Source: a virus. From it: a stretch of 32,223 bases of DNA. The notes under the pieces were generated by a model. The model was not told the DNA's origin. It saw nothing but the letters and a program-made list of their open reading frames with translations, and did not search any database. The translations under genes were made by a program, and so were the position numbers. How positions within the stretch are numbered: position 1 is the stretch's first letter; each line of letters starts with the position of its first letter. Positions 18,409 through 27,944 of this stretch are shown in pieces. The stretch is taken from the UHGV virus genome UHGV-1520234; one strand, written 5' to 3'.

Positions 18409-19726
18409 TCTCGATATCCTCGTCGGTAATAGATGCCCCGATGCCGGTTACGTCAGAATTTTCGCGCAAATCAGTCATAGCGGCTTTCAGTGTCATCAGA
18501 CCATCACCCAGCGCCGTACTGATTGCGTTGGTAGTGTTTAACGCCACCGTTGAGCGATCGACATCAGACATTTGCCAGAGCGGGTTAAACTCAAACGTGA
18601 AATCGTCCGGCAGCGGCTTGCCAAGCTCCGAACGATGCATGATGTCCAGTATCCGCCGCACCGGAAGACGTAAACGCCTCTCCTGTAACGAGCTTACCCG
18701 GTCGTAATAGTTGGCAAGGTCTGCATCGCCGGTAGAAAATCCTTTCGGGGACTGTCCGAACAACCGCACCAGTGGGATACCAACAGCGCCACTAATCTGC
18801 TCAGCGAACTGCGAAAGGATGTCATCCAGACCACTGAAGCTGTACTGATGGGTTTCAAACTTATCCCGCGAGTCCATGAGCGTCATGCCTTCATTGCTCT
18901 GGAACTGTCGAATCAGGTCGATATTCTTCAGCAACGCTTCATACGCAGGACCACCAAGTGCGATAAGCTCGCGTAGCTTCTCCACGCTGTAGGTACGCAA
19001 ATGCGCCTTGTAGACCAGCTGCGCCGCGCCGACAGTAGCGCTGTCGAACGCGGTAAGACGATCCCAGATACGCTCTACAACCGACATTCCCCATTCGTTC
19101 TCGGTCATCTTCTGCTGGAATGGCAGCGTGACGCCATCAAAGCGAATCAGACGACTGTGATGAATGCGCCAGGCAGGAATTCCCGTTGCTGTGGTCACCA
19201 CATCGTAAAACTCAGGTTTACCCAGGTCCGGCCCCATATCTTTAATGCGGCGGGTCAGCACTGGGTTAATCATCCAGCGGTCGAGCGGGAGAATGCCCTT
19301 AAACTTGCCTTCTCCAATGGTTTCGGGTCGCAGCGGGGTCATTGGTGCCTGCCCCTCAATCATGATGAAACCCACCGCGCCGCCGTAGAGACGCGACCAT
19401 TTCAGCACGTCGTTCAGCGCATCCCAGATTTGCAACTCATCCAGTTGTGATTCGAGAATGCCGCGATCTTTTGCATCAATTTCCGAAGTGATGCGAATGC
19501 CTTTGCGGGTCATATCATCCGGGATAGCATCGACCGCTTCGCCGATGATCCAGGACGAACGATAGGACCATTCCACCAGCATGCGGTTGCGACTGGTGAA
19601 GTTAGCCCGGTAGGTCGATGCTGAGTGCTGGTTAGGCGTCTGCATTCCCACGCGGGCGACAAAGTTCTCATAGCCATCAGCGGTGGCCTGCGCAGTTCTC
19701 CGCAGGGCTTGTTTGTTTCGTGCCAT
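18260..19726 (-). CDS. Portal protein
   Basis: 488-aa ORF immediately downstream of the large terminase (ATGA overlap), with an acidic C-terminal tail. Confidence 0.7.
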   Translation of the reverse strand: MARNKQALRRTAQATADGYENFVARVGMQTPNQHSASTYRANFTSRNRMLVEWSYRSSWIIGEAVDAIPDDMTRKGIRITSEIDAKDRGILESQLDELQIWDALNDVLKWSRLYGGAVGFIMIEGQAPMTPLRPETIGEGKFKGILPLDRWMINPVLTRRIKDMGPDLGKPEFYDVVTTATGIPAWRIHHSRLIRFDGVTLPFQQKMTENEWGMSVVERIWDRLTAFDSATVGAAQLVYKAHLRTYSVEKLRELIALGGPAYEALLKNIDLIRQFQSNEGMTLMDSRDKFETHQYSFSGLDDILSQFAEQISGAVGIPLVRLFGQSPKGFSTGDADLANYYDRVSSLQERRLRLPVRRILDIMHRSELGKPLPDDFTFEFNPLWQMSDVDRSTVALNTTNAISTALGDGLMTLKAAMTDLRENSDVTGIGASITDEDIENAEDEAPPGIGELDDKPPEPPGGDPISNEPTADSAGGRRHRKWSLRWFK

Positions 19727-21348
19727 CAGGCCTGTCTCCCTAGCAGCTCCCAGATGTTCAGGGCTGAATTCATTGGCGCGTAGCTGATCATCACCGAGTC
19801 GGCAAGGTTTGGCGACCGGGTTCCATCAGGCTGTTTATCAATAACGATTTTTCCCACACCATTAATGGAATAGGTCGGCTGCGAAAGCTCGATGATGAGT
19901 TTATCTTTGAGTGCCATGCCACTGCTGATTGAGATGATTTCGTCCGGGTTGTAAGCCATACCTTCAATCACGGCGCGCCAGGTATTCTGAAAAAGTTTAC
20001 GTAACCGCCACCAGCTCTGGGCTTTGGCGTTAGCGAAGAAGTCCTTGTTCAGACGTGCGGCTTGCCCGTTGTCACCGCGCACCGCTTCGTCGTCCGGATC
20101 AAACACCGCGCCGCTACCGCGAAACGGTGTAGCGAGTATTGACGGTCGACGCGCAGCGTTACGCTGTTCGTTGATAGCGCGTGCATCGCCGCGAACGCCA
20201 GCGCCCAGCCCGTCCTCATCAAAGCGAAACTCTTCGAGGTTGTCCTGTTCGCAAAAACCGAAGACCTTCTCGACGGACTGATAAATGTCGCTGCCCACAC
20301 CGGACCATTCCCGCACATTCTCCAGGAGGAAGCCATGACGGGTGGAAAAGGCATTTTTGTCCCTGCCTTCGTCGGCGACATCCATCGCGCCAAGTCGTTT
20401 GCCTGTTGGCTGGATCCCCAGTTTGATATGTGCATCAACGGCAGCCTGTACCCATTCGGATGGAATCAGGACGCCTTCCGCTGATGCGCTGTAGTTCAGG
20501 TCAAGTTCCTGTGCCACCACCACCGGATTATCGATTTTCTCGCATTCCCTGCGATACCACTCTTCATCCTTGCGAGGATCATCCCGCCAGTGGAATGTGA
20601 ATACCGGTATCTTCCCGCCATGACGCTTCTGAGCGAACGGGTTCGCCATGCCGTTAACTGAACTCAGGTCGATACGGCAACGCGTCGTTTGTGACAACGC
20701 CGCATCAATCAGCAAAGGACGCTGAAGGAATGCAGCCTCATCAACCAGATAAAGCGTGGTACGGTCACCACGACCAATATTATCGCCAGCCTCGCCTTTG
20801 ATAACGGCACCAGTTTCAGGAAACTCAACACGCATATATGGCGCGTGCTTCTTCTCGCTCCACGAACCGCGAAACTCTACAGGTAGCGTTTCCACGAACT
20901 TGCGCGCCTTCCAGAACAACGCTTTCGGGTCACCAGTGCTGTCGACGTATTCCTCTTTACGGGAGCCGAAACCGATAACCATTTCTTTGTTGAAGAGACA
21001 AAGCGAGCAGGCCAGTCCGATCGCGGTCCAACTGAGCCCCATTTCACGGGATTTTTCGGTAATACCATTCTCCCGATTACCCCAGCGTTCCATAATCCAG
21101 TGGATCCACTCCTCCTGCTTAGGGAAGAGTAAAAACGGAATGGTCACCGGCAGGCCATAATCAATATTACGCGGGTCCGTTGTCATGCCCCAGTCGATGA
21201 TGAACTGAGCCGGGTTGGTCCGGTAAAACTGCTTCAATACGGGCAATATTTCAGGATTCTGGCGAATGCGCTGTAGGCGTTCCATCCGCCATTCAAAAAC
21301 TATCTGGTAATCAGGATGTTTAAAATCGAAGGGGAATGGTAACGGCAT
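19726..21348 (-). CDS. Terminase large subunit
   Basis: 540-aa ORF with an ATG start following the small terminase; contains a Walker B-like LYLVDEAAF and a nuclease-like C-terminal half. Confidence 0.75.
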   Translation of the reverse strand: MPLPFPFDFKHPDYQIVFEWRMERLQRIRQNPEILPVLKQFYRTNPAQFIIDWGMTTDPRNIDYGLPVTIPFLLFPKQEEWIHWIMERWGNRENGITEKSREMGLSWTAIGLACSLCLFNKEMVIGFGSRKEEYVDSTGDPKALFWKARKFVETLPVEFRGSWSEKKHAPYMRVEFPETGAVIKGEAGDNIGRGDRTTLYLVDEAAFLQRPLLIDAALSQTTRCRIDLSSVNGMANPFAQKRHGGKIPVFTFHWRDDPRKDEEWYRRECEKIDNPVVVAQELDLNYSASAEGVLIPSEWVQAAVDAHIKLGIQPTGKRLGAMDVADEGRDKNAFSTRHGFLLENVREWSGVGSDIYQSVEKVFGFCEQDNLEEFRFDEDGLGAGVRGDARAINEQRNAARRPSILATPFRGSGAVFDPDDEAVRGDNGQAARLNKDFFANAKAQSWWRLRKLFQNTWRAVIEGMAYNPDEIISISSGMALKDKLIIELSQPTYSINGVGKIVIDKQPDGTRSPNLADSVMISYAPMNSALNIWELLGRQA

Positions 21349-21350
21349 AC

Positions 21351-21902
21351 TTAGCCCATCATTTTTCTATACGCCTCTGCAGCCTGCTCCGGAGTTAAGT
21401 TGGTAATTTCTGTTCTGACTGGTCCTCCATCAGCGCCAGTCACTTCATTTTTGACGTTGTCTTTAAACGCCTGAACAGAAACATGACGCCCAAGCAACTC
21501 AAGGTTTTTAACCTTATCAGGCCATTTGATTTTCTTCAGGAGTGCGGCGCTATCTGCGGATACCATCTCCACGACATCCATTCCCGATAACGTTGTGCGC
21601 CATACCTTAGGCCAGTCTTTAATGGGTTTTAGCTCACCGTTTTGCAGGAGAATGTCAAGCACATCCATCTGGTCGATTTCAATAAGGCGATTAAGTACAT
21701 ATTCTGCATTAATACCAACAAGATCATTGCGTTGCGCTTTCAGTTCGGCGATTCTTAACTTGATGTCAGGTTTTGACAGGTTTTCGGATGCGGTACGGTT
21801 AGCTGTCTTTGCGCTGTACCCCGCCCGAATAGCCGCTTGCGTGGCGTTTAAATCGATGAGGTACTCGCGACAGAACATTTCTTGCTTGTCGGTGAGTGCC
21901 AT
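21351..21902 (-). CDS. Terminase small subunit
   Basis: 183-aa ORF with N-terminal [22 protein letters not shown], a recognisable small-terminase DNA-binding motif; directly upstream of the large terminase. Confidence 0.7.
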   Translation of the reverse strand: MALTDKQEMFCREYLIDLNATQAAIRAGYSAKTANRTASENLSKPDIKLRIAELKAQRNDLVGINAEYVLNRLIEIDQMDVLDILLQNGELKPIKDWPKVWRTTLSGMDVVEMVSADSAALLKKIKWPDKVKNLELLGRHVSVQAFKDNVKNEVTGADGGPVRTEITNLTPEQAAEAYRKMMG

Positions 21903-21926
21903 AGTTTTCTCTAGAGGGTTTCTTTA

Positions 21927-22163
21927 ATGAACTCAAAGCAAATTTTTTACCGAAATACAGGTCATGATAATGAAACTTATATATTCCTGGACAAATTGGA
22001 CAATGGCTCCTACCAAGTCAGGGTTGGTCATTCGTCGCCTGTGAGCCATTTTGAATGGGAGGGTGATGAAACCATTCAGACAGTGGAAGAGTTTCTAGGT
22101 TCTAACCCATCATATACTGAACGTGTTCATCAACTAATTTCTGAGTTTGAAGCAGAATCGTAA
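21927..22163 (+). CDS. Hypothetical small acidic protein, antisense to the late operon (moron candidate)
   Basis: 78-aa ORF, ATG at 21927 with GAGGG 8 nt upstream; AT-rich with rare codons (ATA, AGG, CTA, CGA); divergent from terS with 24 bp between the start codons. Confidence 0.4.
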   Translation: MNSKQIFYRNTGHDNETYIFLDKLDNGSYQVRVGHSSPVSHFEWEGDETIQTVEEFLGSNPSYTERVHQLISEFEAES

Positions 22164-22458
22164 TCACCACCCAAGCGACTCAACTGATATCTAGTTCATC
22201 ATTACTAGGACTAAAAGTAGATTCCTGACATTGAGGGACCTCTTTATCCGCTTGTGGGGATATCAGTTAAGTTATCCCGTGTAGGGTATAAGCCATTGTC
22301 GAGACCACTCATTGAATGGTCTCTGCAATAACCGATGTCTTTCCATCAGTCCGCCACCACAAAGAATCTTTTTTGCCATAATGCAGGAGGTTCATCTTTC
22401 AGTGGCTGCCAGTGTTATTTCCCCACTTACTGGCTTGGGTTGTTTCGCTGTACTGCCG

Positions 22459-23001
22459 TTAATTAGTGAGTCCGGGGATTACGGTTTGCCCGTGCTGTTC
22501 AAGGCGTTCAATTCTCGCCAGTAGCTGAGGCTTCTTAATTTTTCCCCAGCGATTAAGCAGGCGCCCTGACATGCTGGCAACATCCTTCTCTTTCATGTAC
22601 TCCAGCATTACGGCATTTCTCTCTTCTTCAAATTGACGATGACCAACCTGAAGCATGGCGTACATCCAGTTAAATGCGTTGATGTAAGCAATTTTGATAC
22701 GCATTGCTTCTTTTTTGGTGTAGGACATAACCAAAAGCATCAACCCATCCTTGCGGAGACGGTAGAATTTTTGCGGCTTACCATTCTGTAACTCATTGTT
22801 TTTATAGCAAAGCTCAAAGTTGAGCTTTGTATCAAACTCAGGAGGGCAAGCTTCTATGGTTCGTTCAATGTCACGAACCACGTTCTTCGGCAGCTTTCCA
22901 AATGCTTTTGCCACCATAAAAGAATCTGTAACCGGATCGTTGTTTGCTACAAAAATTAGGTCTCTGAAATCTATATCGTTAACAACGGTTGGGTAGTTCA
23001 T
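22459..23001 (-). CDS. rha: Rha-family phage regulatory protein
   Basis: 180-aa ORF with an ATG start; N-terminal region (VAKAFGKLPKNVVRDIERTIEACPPEF...NFELCYKNN...YRLRKDGLMLLVMSYTKKEAMRIKIAYINAFN) matches the Rha-domain pattern. Located between lysis genes and terminase, as rha is in P22. Confidence 0.55.
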   Translation of the reverse strand: MNYPTVVNDIDFRDLIFVANNDPVTDSFMVAKAFGKLPKNVVRDIERTIEACPPEFDTKLNFELCYKNNELQNGKPQKFYRLRKDGLMLLVMSYTKKEAMRIKIAYINAFNWMYAMLQVGHRQFEEERNAVMLEYMKEKDVASMSGRLLNRWGKIKKPQLLARIERLEQHGQTVIPGLTN

Positions 23002-23149
23002 TGCGTCTTTACCTTTTAGAAAGATGAGCCTGTTCGCACAGAAAAGCCGTCCCCGAGATGGTCGCCACCATATACGGCAATTCTCAGGCTCAGCTTTCTG
23101 AAAGACTCGGGATTGTTACGCGCTGCGATGCGCGGTTTACTGCAGATGC

Positions 23150-23173
23150 AAAAAAGCCCCGCAAATGCGAGGC
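23150..23173 (-). terminator. Terminator-like hairpin between Rz and rha
   Basis: On the minus strand GCCUCG...CGGGGC (one G-U wobble) followed by UUUUUU (plus A-tract 23150-23155). Confidence 0.4.
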
Positions 23174-23347
23174 TAAATCCTGGTATTTGTAATGACTGGC
23201 TCTTATCTCAACGCAGCCCCTTACCGCGCGCCAGATGCTCAATATCAAGCATCAGCAATGAGATGTTTAATCTGGATTCACTCCAGAAGTGATCACCACC
23301 CTGTCTACAGAGCCAGATGTGAAGGATGATGAGTAAAATTATCGCTA

Positions 23348-23806
23348 TCATCGAAGGCATTGCGTCCTGATGTATTCCTGCAGGTAGTTAACCTGCGCGG
23401 TTATCCTGTCGATTCCACTTCGGAGACGGTAATAATTGAGTTCAGCATCTGCTGTAAGTCTTGGGCTTTCTCCATCGCCCATGCTGCTGGCTCCGGTCGT
23501 TGACTTTGCACAGGTGGCGGCGACTTGCAGGCGCTTACGCCCAGCAGAAACATCAGCACGAAGACTTTCGATAGTCGCGTTAGCATCAGCAAGCTCCTTT
23601 GTGTATCTGGCGTCGAGTTCTGCTACATCACGCTGACGCATCTGCATGTCAGTAATTGCCACGTTCGCCAGCTTCAGTTCTCTGGCATTTTTGTCGCGCT
23701 GGGCTTTGTAGGTAATGGCGTTATCACGGTAATGATTAACAGCCCATGACAGGCAGACGATGATGCAGATAACCAGAGCGGAGATAATCGCGGTGACTCT
23801 GCTCAT
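23348..23806 (-). CDS. Rz: Rz i-spanin
   Basis: 152-aa ORF with an ATG start and 4-nt overlap with R; the N-terminal ~95 aa are near-identical to lambda Rz as I recall it, while the C-terminal third diverges. Confidence 0.85.
   Translation of the reverse strand: MSRVTAIISALVICIIVCLSWAVNHYRDNAITYKAQRDKNARELKLANVAITDMQMRQRDVAELDARYTKELADANATIESLRADVSAGRKRLQVAATCAKSTTGASSMGDGESPRLTADAELNYYRLRSGIDRITAQVNYLQEYIRTQCLR
23401..23586 (-). CDS. Rz1: Rz1 o-spanin lipoprotein, embedded out of frame within Rz
   Basis: ORF in the +1 frame wholly inside Rz; first ATG at 23586 gives [20 protein letters not shown] with lipobox VSAC followed by a proline-rich segment, the typical Rz1 architecture. Confidence 0.7.
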   Translation of the reverse strand: MLTRLSKVFVLMFLLGVSACKSPPPVQSQRPEPAAWAMEKAQDLQQMLNSIITVSEVESTG

Positions 23807-24279
23807 ACCTCAATCTCTCTGACCGTTCCGCCAGCTTCTTTGAATTTTGCAATCAGGCTGTCAGCCTTATGCTCGAACTGACCATAACCAGCGCCCGGAA
23901 GAGAAGCCCAGATATTGCTACAACGGTCGATAGCCTGACGGATATCACCGCGATCAATCATCGGCAAAGCGCCACGCTCTTTAATCTGTTGCAATGCCAC
24001 AGCGTCCTGGCTTTTCGGAGAGAAGTCTTTCAGGCCAAGCTGCTTACGATAGGCATCCCACCAACGGGAAAGAAGCTGGTAACGTCCGGCAGCTGTTGAT
24101 TTGAGTTTGGGGTTTAGCGTGACAAGTTTGCGAGGGTGATCGGAGTAATCAGTGAATAGCTCTCCGCCAACAATGACGTCATAACCATGATTTCTGGTTT
24201 TCTGTCGTCCGTTATCAGTTCCCTCTGACCACGCCAGCATATCGAGGAACGCCTTACGTTGATTATTGATTTCCACCAT
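23803..24279 (-). CDS. R: Endolysin R (lytic transglycosylase, lambda R-like)
   Basis: 158-aa ORF with an ATG start, overlapping S by 17 nt as in lambda; sequence essentially matches lambda R as recalled. Confidence 0.9.
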   Translation of the reverse strand: MVEINNQRKAFLDMLAWSEGTDNGRQKTRNHGYDVIVGGELFTDYSDHPRKLVTLNPKLKSTAAGRYQLLSRWWDAYRKQLGLKDFSPKSQDAVALQQIKERGALPMIDRGDIRQAIDRCSNIWASLPGAGYGQFEHKADSLIAKFKEAGGTVREIEV

Positions 24280-24586
24280 CTTCTACTCCGGCTTTTTTAG
24301 CAGCGAAGCGTTTGATAAGCGAACCAATCGAGTCAGTACCGATGTAGCCGATGAACACGCTCGTTATATAAGCGAGATTGCTACTTAGTCCTGCGAAGTC
24401 GAGAAGGTCACGAATGAACCAGGCGATAATGGCGCACATCGTTGCGTCGATTACTGTTTTTGTAAACGCACCGCCATTATATCTGCCGCGAAGGTACGCC
24501 ATTGCAAACGCAAGGATTGCCCCGATGCCTTGTTCCTTTGCCGCGAGAATGGCGGCTAACAGGTCATGTTTTTCTGGCATCTTCAT
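24263..24586 (-). CDS. S: Holin S with dual start (S107 antiholin / S105 holin)
   Basis: 107-aa ORF beginning [10 protein letters not shown]; ATG codons at 24586 and 24580 reproduce the lambda Met1-Lys2-Met3 dual-start motif; near-identical to lambda S. Confidence 0.9.
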   Translation of the reverse strand: MKMPEKHDLLAAILAAKEQGIGAILAFAMAYLRGRYNGGAFTKTVIDATMCAIIAWFIRDLLDFAGLSSNLAYITSVFIGYIGTDSIGSLIKRFAAKKAGVEDGGNQ

Positions 24587-24705
24587 GTCTTACCCCCAAT
24601 AAGGGGATTTGCTCTATTTAATTAGGAATAAGGTCGATTACTGATAGAACAAATCCAGGCTACTGTGTTTAGTAATCAGATTTGTTCGTGACCGATATGC
24701 ACGGG

Positions 24706-24741
24706 CAAAACGGCATGAGGTTGTTAGCGCAACCTCTTGCC
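24706..24741 (-). other. Stem-loop upstream of S
   Basis: Imperfect inverted repeat ggcatgaggttg / caacctcttgcc with a U-run following on the minus strand; lies in the stretch that matches the lambda sequence just upstream of S. Confidence 0.4.
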
Positions 24742-24884
24742 ACCCGCTTTCACGAAGCCAGCCATTGAGCTGGTTTTCTTTTATGCAAAGCACACCGCAC
24801 CGTAGCCACAGCGGATAAGGTGATTATTTTTGTCTGTCTGGTATTTGGTTTGATGTGCTTTCAGAAAGGCCGTGCTTAAAACGC

Positions 24885-24912
24885 AAAAAGCCCCGAGCTA
24901 TTAACTCAGGGC
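24885..24912 (-). terminator. tR'-like intrinsic terminator ending a short PR' leader
   Basis: Minus-strand transcript GCCCUGAG-UUAAUAG-CUCGGGGC followed by UUUUUG; about 60 nt downstream of the predicted PR' start. Confidence 0.55.
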
Positions 24913-24948
24913 TTTATTTAACGAGTGCATTTATCCATCGTTGAGTCA

Positions 24949-24977
24949 AATTTACCCAATTTTATTCAATAAGTCAA
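24949..24977 (-). promoter_or_regulatory. Late promoter PR' with qut region
   Basis: Minus strand reads TTGACTTATTGAATAAAATTGGGTAAATTTGACTCAACGATGG: -35 TTGACT (24977..24972), 17-bp spacer, -10 TAAATT (24954..24949). This matches lambda PR' as recalled; sequence then diverges from lambda downstream of about +10. Confidence 0.7.
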
Positions 24978-25019
24978 TATCATGCCGTTAATATGTTGCC
25001 ATCCGTGGCAATCATGCTG

Positions 25020-25643
25020 CTAACGTGTGACCGCGTTCAAAATGTTGTCTGCGATTGACTCTTCTTTGTGGCATTGCACCACCAGAGCGTCATACAGCGG
25101 CTTAACAGTGCGTGACCAGGTGGGTTGGGTGAGGTTTGGGATTAGCATCGTTACAGCGCGATATGCGGCGCTTGCTGGCATTCTTGAATAGCCGACACCT
25201 TTGCATCTTCCGCACTCTTTCTCAACAACTCTCCCCCACTGCTCTGTTTTGGCTATATCAACCGCACGGCCTGTACCGTGGCAATCTCTGCATCTTGCGC
25301 CCGGCGTCGCGGCACTACGGCAATAATCCGCATAAGCGAATGTTGCGAGCACTTGCAGTACCTTTGCCTTAGTATTTCCTTCAAGCTTTGCAACGCCACG
25401 GTATTTCCCCGATACCTTGTGTGCAAATTGCATCAGATAGTTGATAGCCTTTTGTTTGTCGTTCTGGCTGAGTTCATGCTTACCGCAGAATGCAGCCATT
25501 CCGAATCCGGCTTGTGATTGCGCCATCCCCATAGCAGCCATCACATCAGTACCGGAAAGAGAGTCAGAAGCCGTAGCCCGTGGTGAGTCGCTCATCATCG
25601 GGCTTTTTGGCGAATGAAATTTAGCTACGCTTTCGAGTCTCAC
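25020..25643 (-). CDS. Q: Late antiterminator Q (lambda Q-like)
   Basis: 207-aa ORF, essentially the lambda Q sequence as recalled; the start codon here is GTG, overlapping the ninI stop (GTGA). Confidence 0.9.
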   Translation of the reverse strand: MRLESVAKFHSPKSPMMSDSPRATASDSLSGTDVMAAMGMAQSQAGFGMAAFCGKHELSQNDKQKAINYLMQFAHKVSGKYRGVAKLEGNTKAKVLQVLATFAYADYCRSAATPGARCRDCHGTGRAVDIAKTEQWGRVVEKECGRCKGVGYSRMPASAAYRAVTMLIPNLTQPTWSRTVKPLYDALVVQCHKEESIADNILNAVTR

Positions 25644-26305
25644 GCGCCTTCTCCCTGTACCTGAATCAATGTGAGATTTCCGCAGAACACTGCGCCGGTA
25701 TCGATATACATCTGGTTGGCAAATTTGAGTGGTTTCACTGCTGGCGTGTGACCAAAGATGAACGTGTCCGCGCCTTTAATTTCTTTCACGATCCCGATTT
25801 GTGAGTTGCTGATTCGTTCGCGGTTCCAGATTACCTGCTGATGATCAACTGGCTTTCCAAATTCGTATTCTTCACAAGGATAATCGGCGTGGCAGATGAC
25901 ATGTTTTTTACCTTTGCTCACCAGTTCGATGATTAACGGAAGTTCTTCTGCTTTATGGGCAAGAGCTTTAGCCAGAATTTCTTTGTCGTAATCGAGATTA
26001 AAGAACCAGCCACCGCCATTAAGCAGCCAGTGATTAACGTTTCCACGCTCTGATAAGCCATCAATCATCATTTGCTCATGGTTTCCACGTACAGCTCTGA
26101 ACCAGGGGAATGTGATTAATTCCATACATTCGACGTTCTCTGTACCGCGATCAACCAAATCGCCAACCGAGATAAGCAGGTCTTTTTTGGTGTCGAATCC
26201 TATCGTCTCCAGTTTTTTCATCATGTTCGTGTAGCATCCGTGCAGATCGCCAACTACCCAAACATTTCGGTATTTGCTGCCATCAATTCTTTCGTAATAG
26301 CGCAT
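25640..26305 (-). CDS. ninI: Ser/Thr protein phosphatase (lambda NinI-like)
   Basis: Track ORF begins at a TTG at 26380; the homologous start is ATG at 26305 ([25 protein letters not shown]...) with GGAG upstream, giving 221 aa. Metallophosphatase motifs GDLHG, GDLVDRG and GNHE are present. Confidence 0.85.
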   Translation of the reverse strand: MRYYERIDGSKYRNVWVVGDLHGCYTNMMKKLETIGFDTKKDLLISVGDLVDRGTENVECMELITFPWFRAVRGNHEQMMIDGLSERGNVNHWLLNGGGWFFNLDYDKEILAKALAHKAEELPLIIELVSKGKKHVICHADYPCEEYEFGKPVDHQQVIWNRERISNSQIGIVKEIKGADTFIFGHTPAVKPLKFANQMYIDTGAVFCGNLTLIQVQGEGA

Positions 26306-26489
26306 CTCTTTCACTCCATCCGCGATGAACCATAAGAACGTCGTTGACGATGGCGTGCATTTTCCCGTCTTTATCATCAACGTATTTTCTGACCGTGCCG
26401 CGACTACATTTCAGTCTGCGTGCTACTTCTGTCTGGTTTCCGTATGCTTCAACAAGCATGTCTGGAATGGTTTTTACTGAGAACGTCAT
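26283..26489 (-). CDS. ninH: NinH
   Basis: 68-aa ORF with ATGA overlap to the ninG stop; same length and position as lambda NinH. Confidence 0.75.
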   Translation of the reverse strand: MTFSVKTIPDMLVEAYGNQTEVARRLKCSRGTVRKYVDDKDGKMHAIVNDVLMVHRGWSERDALLRKN

Positions 26490-27097
26490 GCGGCCTCACT
26501 TCTGCTATTTCGCAGGTCTTTGAGTTTCTTCTGATACTCCGCCTTGATGGCCATGCACTCTTCGACAGTCCAACGATGGCGGCTATGGTTTGATTCGATT
26601 TCGTCTACTGCTTCCTGCCCGATGCGGCTAATCAGTTCGACGCGATACGGAACGAGATTTCCGCTTTTGTGCTGGTTGCACACCACGCATTGCTTGTGAA
26701 TATTGCGTTCATCAAATCGGAGTTGAGGTGCCGCAGCAGTTGTCCGGTAATGTCCGGCATCCCACTGAGCAGACGTGAGCGTTCCGCACGAGATACATGG
26801 TAAGTCGCGGTCTCTTTCTCTGATGAAAGCGTTTACGGCTTGTTGGGCTTGTTTAATCCAGTAACTGCGGGGCTTTAAGGCGAGTTTTCGAATCTTAAGT
26901 TTATCTTTCTGTTTCTGCTCCTCTCGTCTTCGTTTCTTCTCTGCTGCTTTTTCCGCTTTTTCGCGTTCTTTACTTCGTCGTTCGAGTGCTATCTTGGTTC
27001 CACACTCTGGAGAGCACCACCACTGATTAGCGAATGCAGGGTGAAACCATTCCCGACATTCATCGTTTTTACATCGTCTTCGCGCTGGTTTAGCCAT
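26486..27097 (-). CDS. ninG: NinG recombination protein (Rap-like)
   Basis: 203-aa ORF with an ATG start overlapping the ninF stop; cysteine-rich (CxxC pairs), matching lambda NinG in size and position. Confidence 0.8.
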   Translation of the reverse strand: MAKPARRRCKNDECREWFHPAFANQWWCSPECGTKIALERRSKEREKAEKAAEKKRRREEQKQKDKLKIRKLALKPRSYWIKQAQQAVNAFIRERDRDLPCISCGTLTSAQWDAGHYRTTAAAPQLRFDERNIHKQCVVCNQHKSGNLVPYRVELISRIGQEAVDEIESNHSRHRWTVEECMAIKAEYQKKLKDLRNSRSEAA

Positions 27098-27266
27098 CGT
27101 CTTCTTCCTCGTACATTGAGCTATTCGGATCGCTCATCAGTTCTGCGCAGCAGTGCTCACACACGTGAACTTCCAGCACATGCAGCTTCTGGCCGCAGTT
27201 AGCGCACGTTAAAGCCCGCTCGACGCTTTCTTTCTGGTATTGAAGGGATTGGGATGGGCTAAGCAT
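27090..27266 (-). CDS. ninF: NinF (58 aa, not in the ORF track)
   Basis: Translated by hand: [58 protein letters not shown]; ATG at 27266 overlaps the upstream stop (TAATG). Confidence 0.65.
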   Translation of the reverse strand: MLSPSQSLQYQKESVERALTCANCGQKLHVLEVHVCEHCCAELMSDPNSSMYEEEDDG

Positions 27267-27625
27267 TATTGGATTCTCTGCATCATGAGAAAGACAATCA
27301 TGGCGGCGCGGAGGGGATTTTCATGTATAGCTCGCTTAGATTTACAGTAGGCCACACCGCGTGCACCCCACTCGTCTTCATCGAGATTGATAATGCTAAT
27401 CCTGTATTTTTCAATAATCGGCCATGCGTCTGCTGGGTTTGCGCATGGGTTAAAGGATCCGCGCTCAACTTCTACTTCAACTGCGTCTCCGTTTACAACG
27501 TCTCCCTCAAATGAGACAAACACCATATCGCCATTCTCACCTTCTTTGTAATCCGGTGATCCGTTATGAATGGCTTCGAATACCGCCACGTTAATTTCAA
27601 AATCACTTAACTGTGAATAATCCAT
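27266..27625 (-). CDS. Hypothetical acidic protein inserted between ninE and ninF
   Basis: Track ORF begins at a GTG at 27667; ATG candidates at 27631 and 27625 (MDYSQLSDFEINVAV...), the latter with GAGGA 8 nt upstream. Canonical lambda has no gene between ninE and ninF. Confidence 0.5.
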   Translation of the reverse strand: MDYSQLSDFEINVAVFEAIHNGSPDYKEGENGDMVFVSFEGDVVNGDAVEVEVERGSFNPCANPADAWPIIEKYRISIINLDEDEWGARGVAYCKSKRAIHENPLRAAMIVFLMMQRIQ

Positions 27626-27627
27626 TG

Positions 27628-27804
27628 TCATTTCCTCGCACGATGTCTTAGCCACCGGATATCCCACAGGTGAGCCGTGTAGTTGAAGGTTTTTACGTCA
27701 GATTCTTTTGGGATTGGCTTGCGTTTATTTCTGGAGCGTTTCGTTGGAAGGTATTTGCAGTTTTCACAGATTATGTCGGTGATACTTCGTCGCTGTCTCG
27801 CCAC
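27628..27804 (-). CDS. ninE: NinE-like protein (about 58 aa, not in the ORF track)
   Basis: Hand translation from a GTG at 27804: [57 protein letters not shown]; AGGAGG lies only 3 nt upstream, so the exact start is uncertain. Confidence 0.5.
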
Positions 27805-27944
27805 ACGTCCTCCTTTTCCTGCGGTAGTGGTAACACCCCTGTTGGTGTTCTTTCACACCGGAGACACCATCTATTCCAGTAAGGTTGGTTTGGTCGGAAG
27901 CGGTTATCTTCTTTGCATTCACCGCACCGATAACATCGCATCAT
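27771..27944 (-). CDS. ninD: NinD-like small zinc-finger protein (57 aa, not in the ORF track)
   Basis: Hand translation: [57 protein letters not shown]; ATG overlaps the ninC stop (ATGA); two CxxC pairs. Confidence 0.55.

Noticed and set aside
22312-22524. Plus-strand 70-aa ORF overlapping the 3' end of rha
   Set aside because: Overlaps the rha coding sequence antisense and has no RBS; the ~300 bp it partly covers is reported as unassigned rather than coding.
24600-25020. tRNA genes between Q and S, as in some Stx-type lambdoid phages
   Set aside because: No cloverleaf-compatible sequence or T-loop-like GTTCGAATC motif was seen on either strand; the region is accounted for by PR', its leader, terminator and lambda-like sequence upstream of S.
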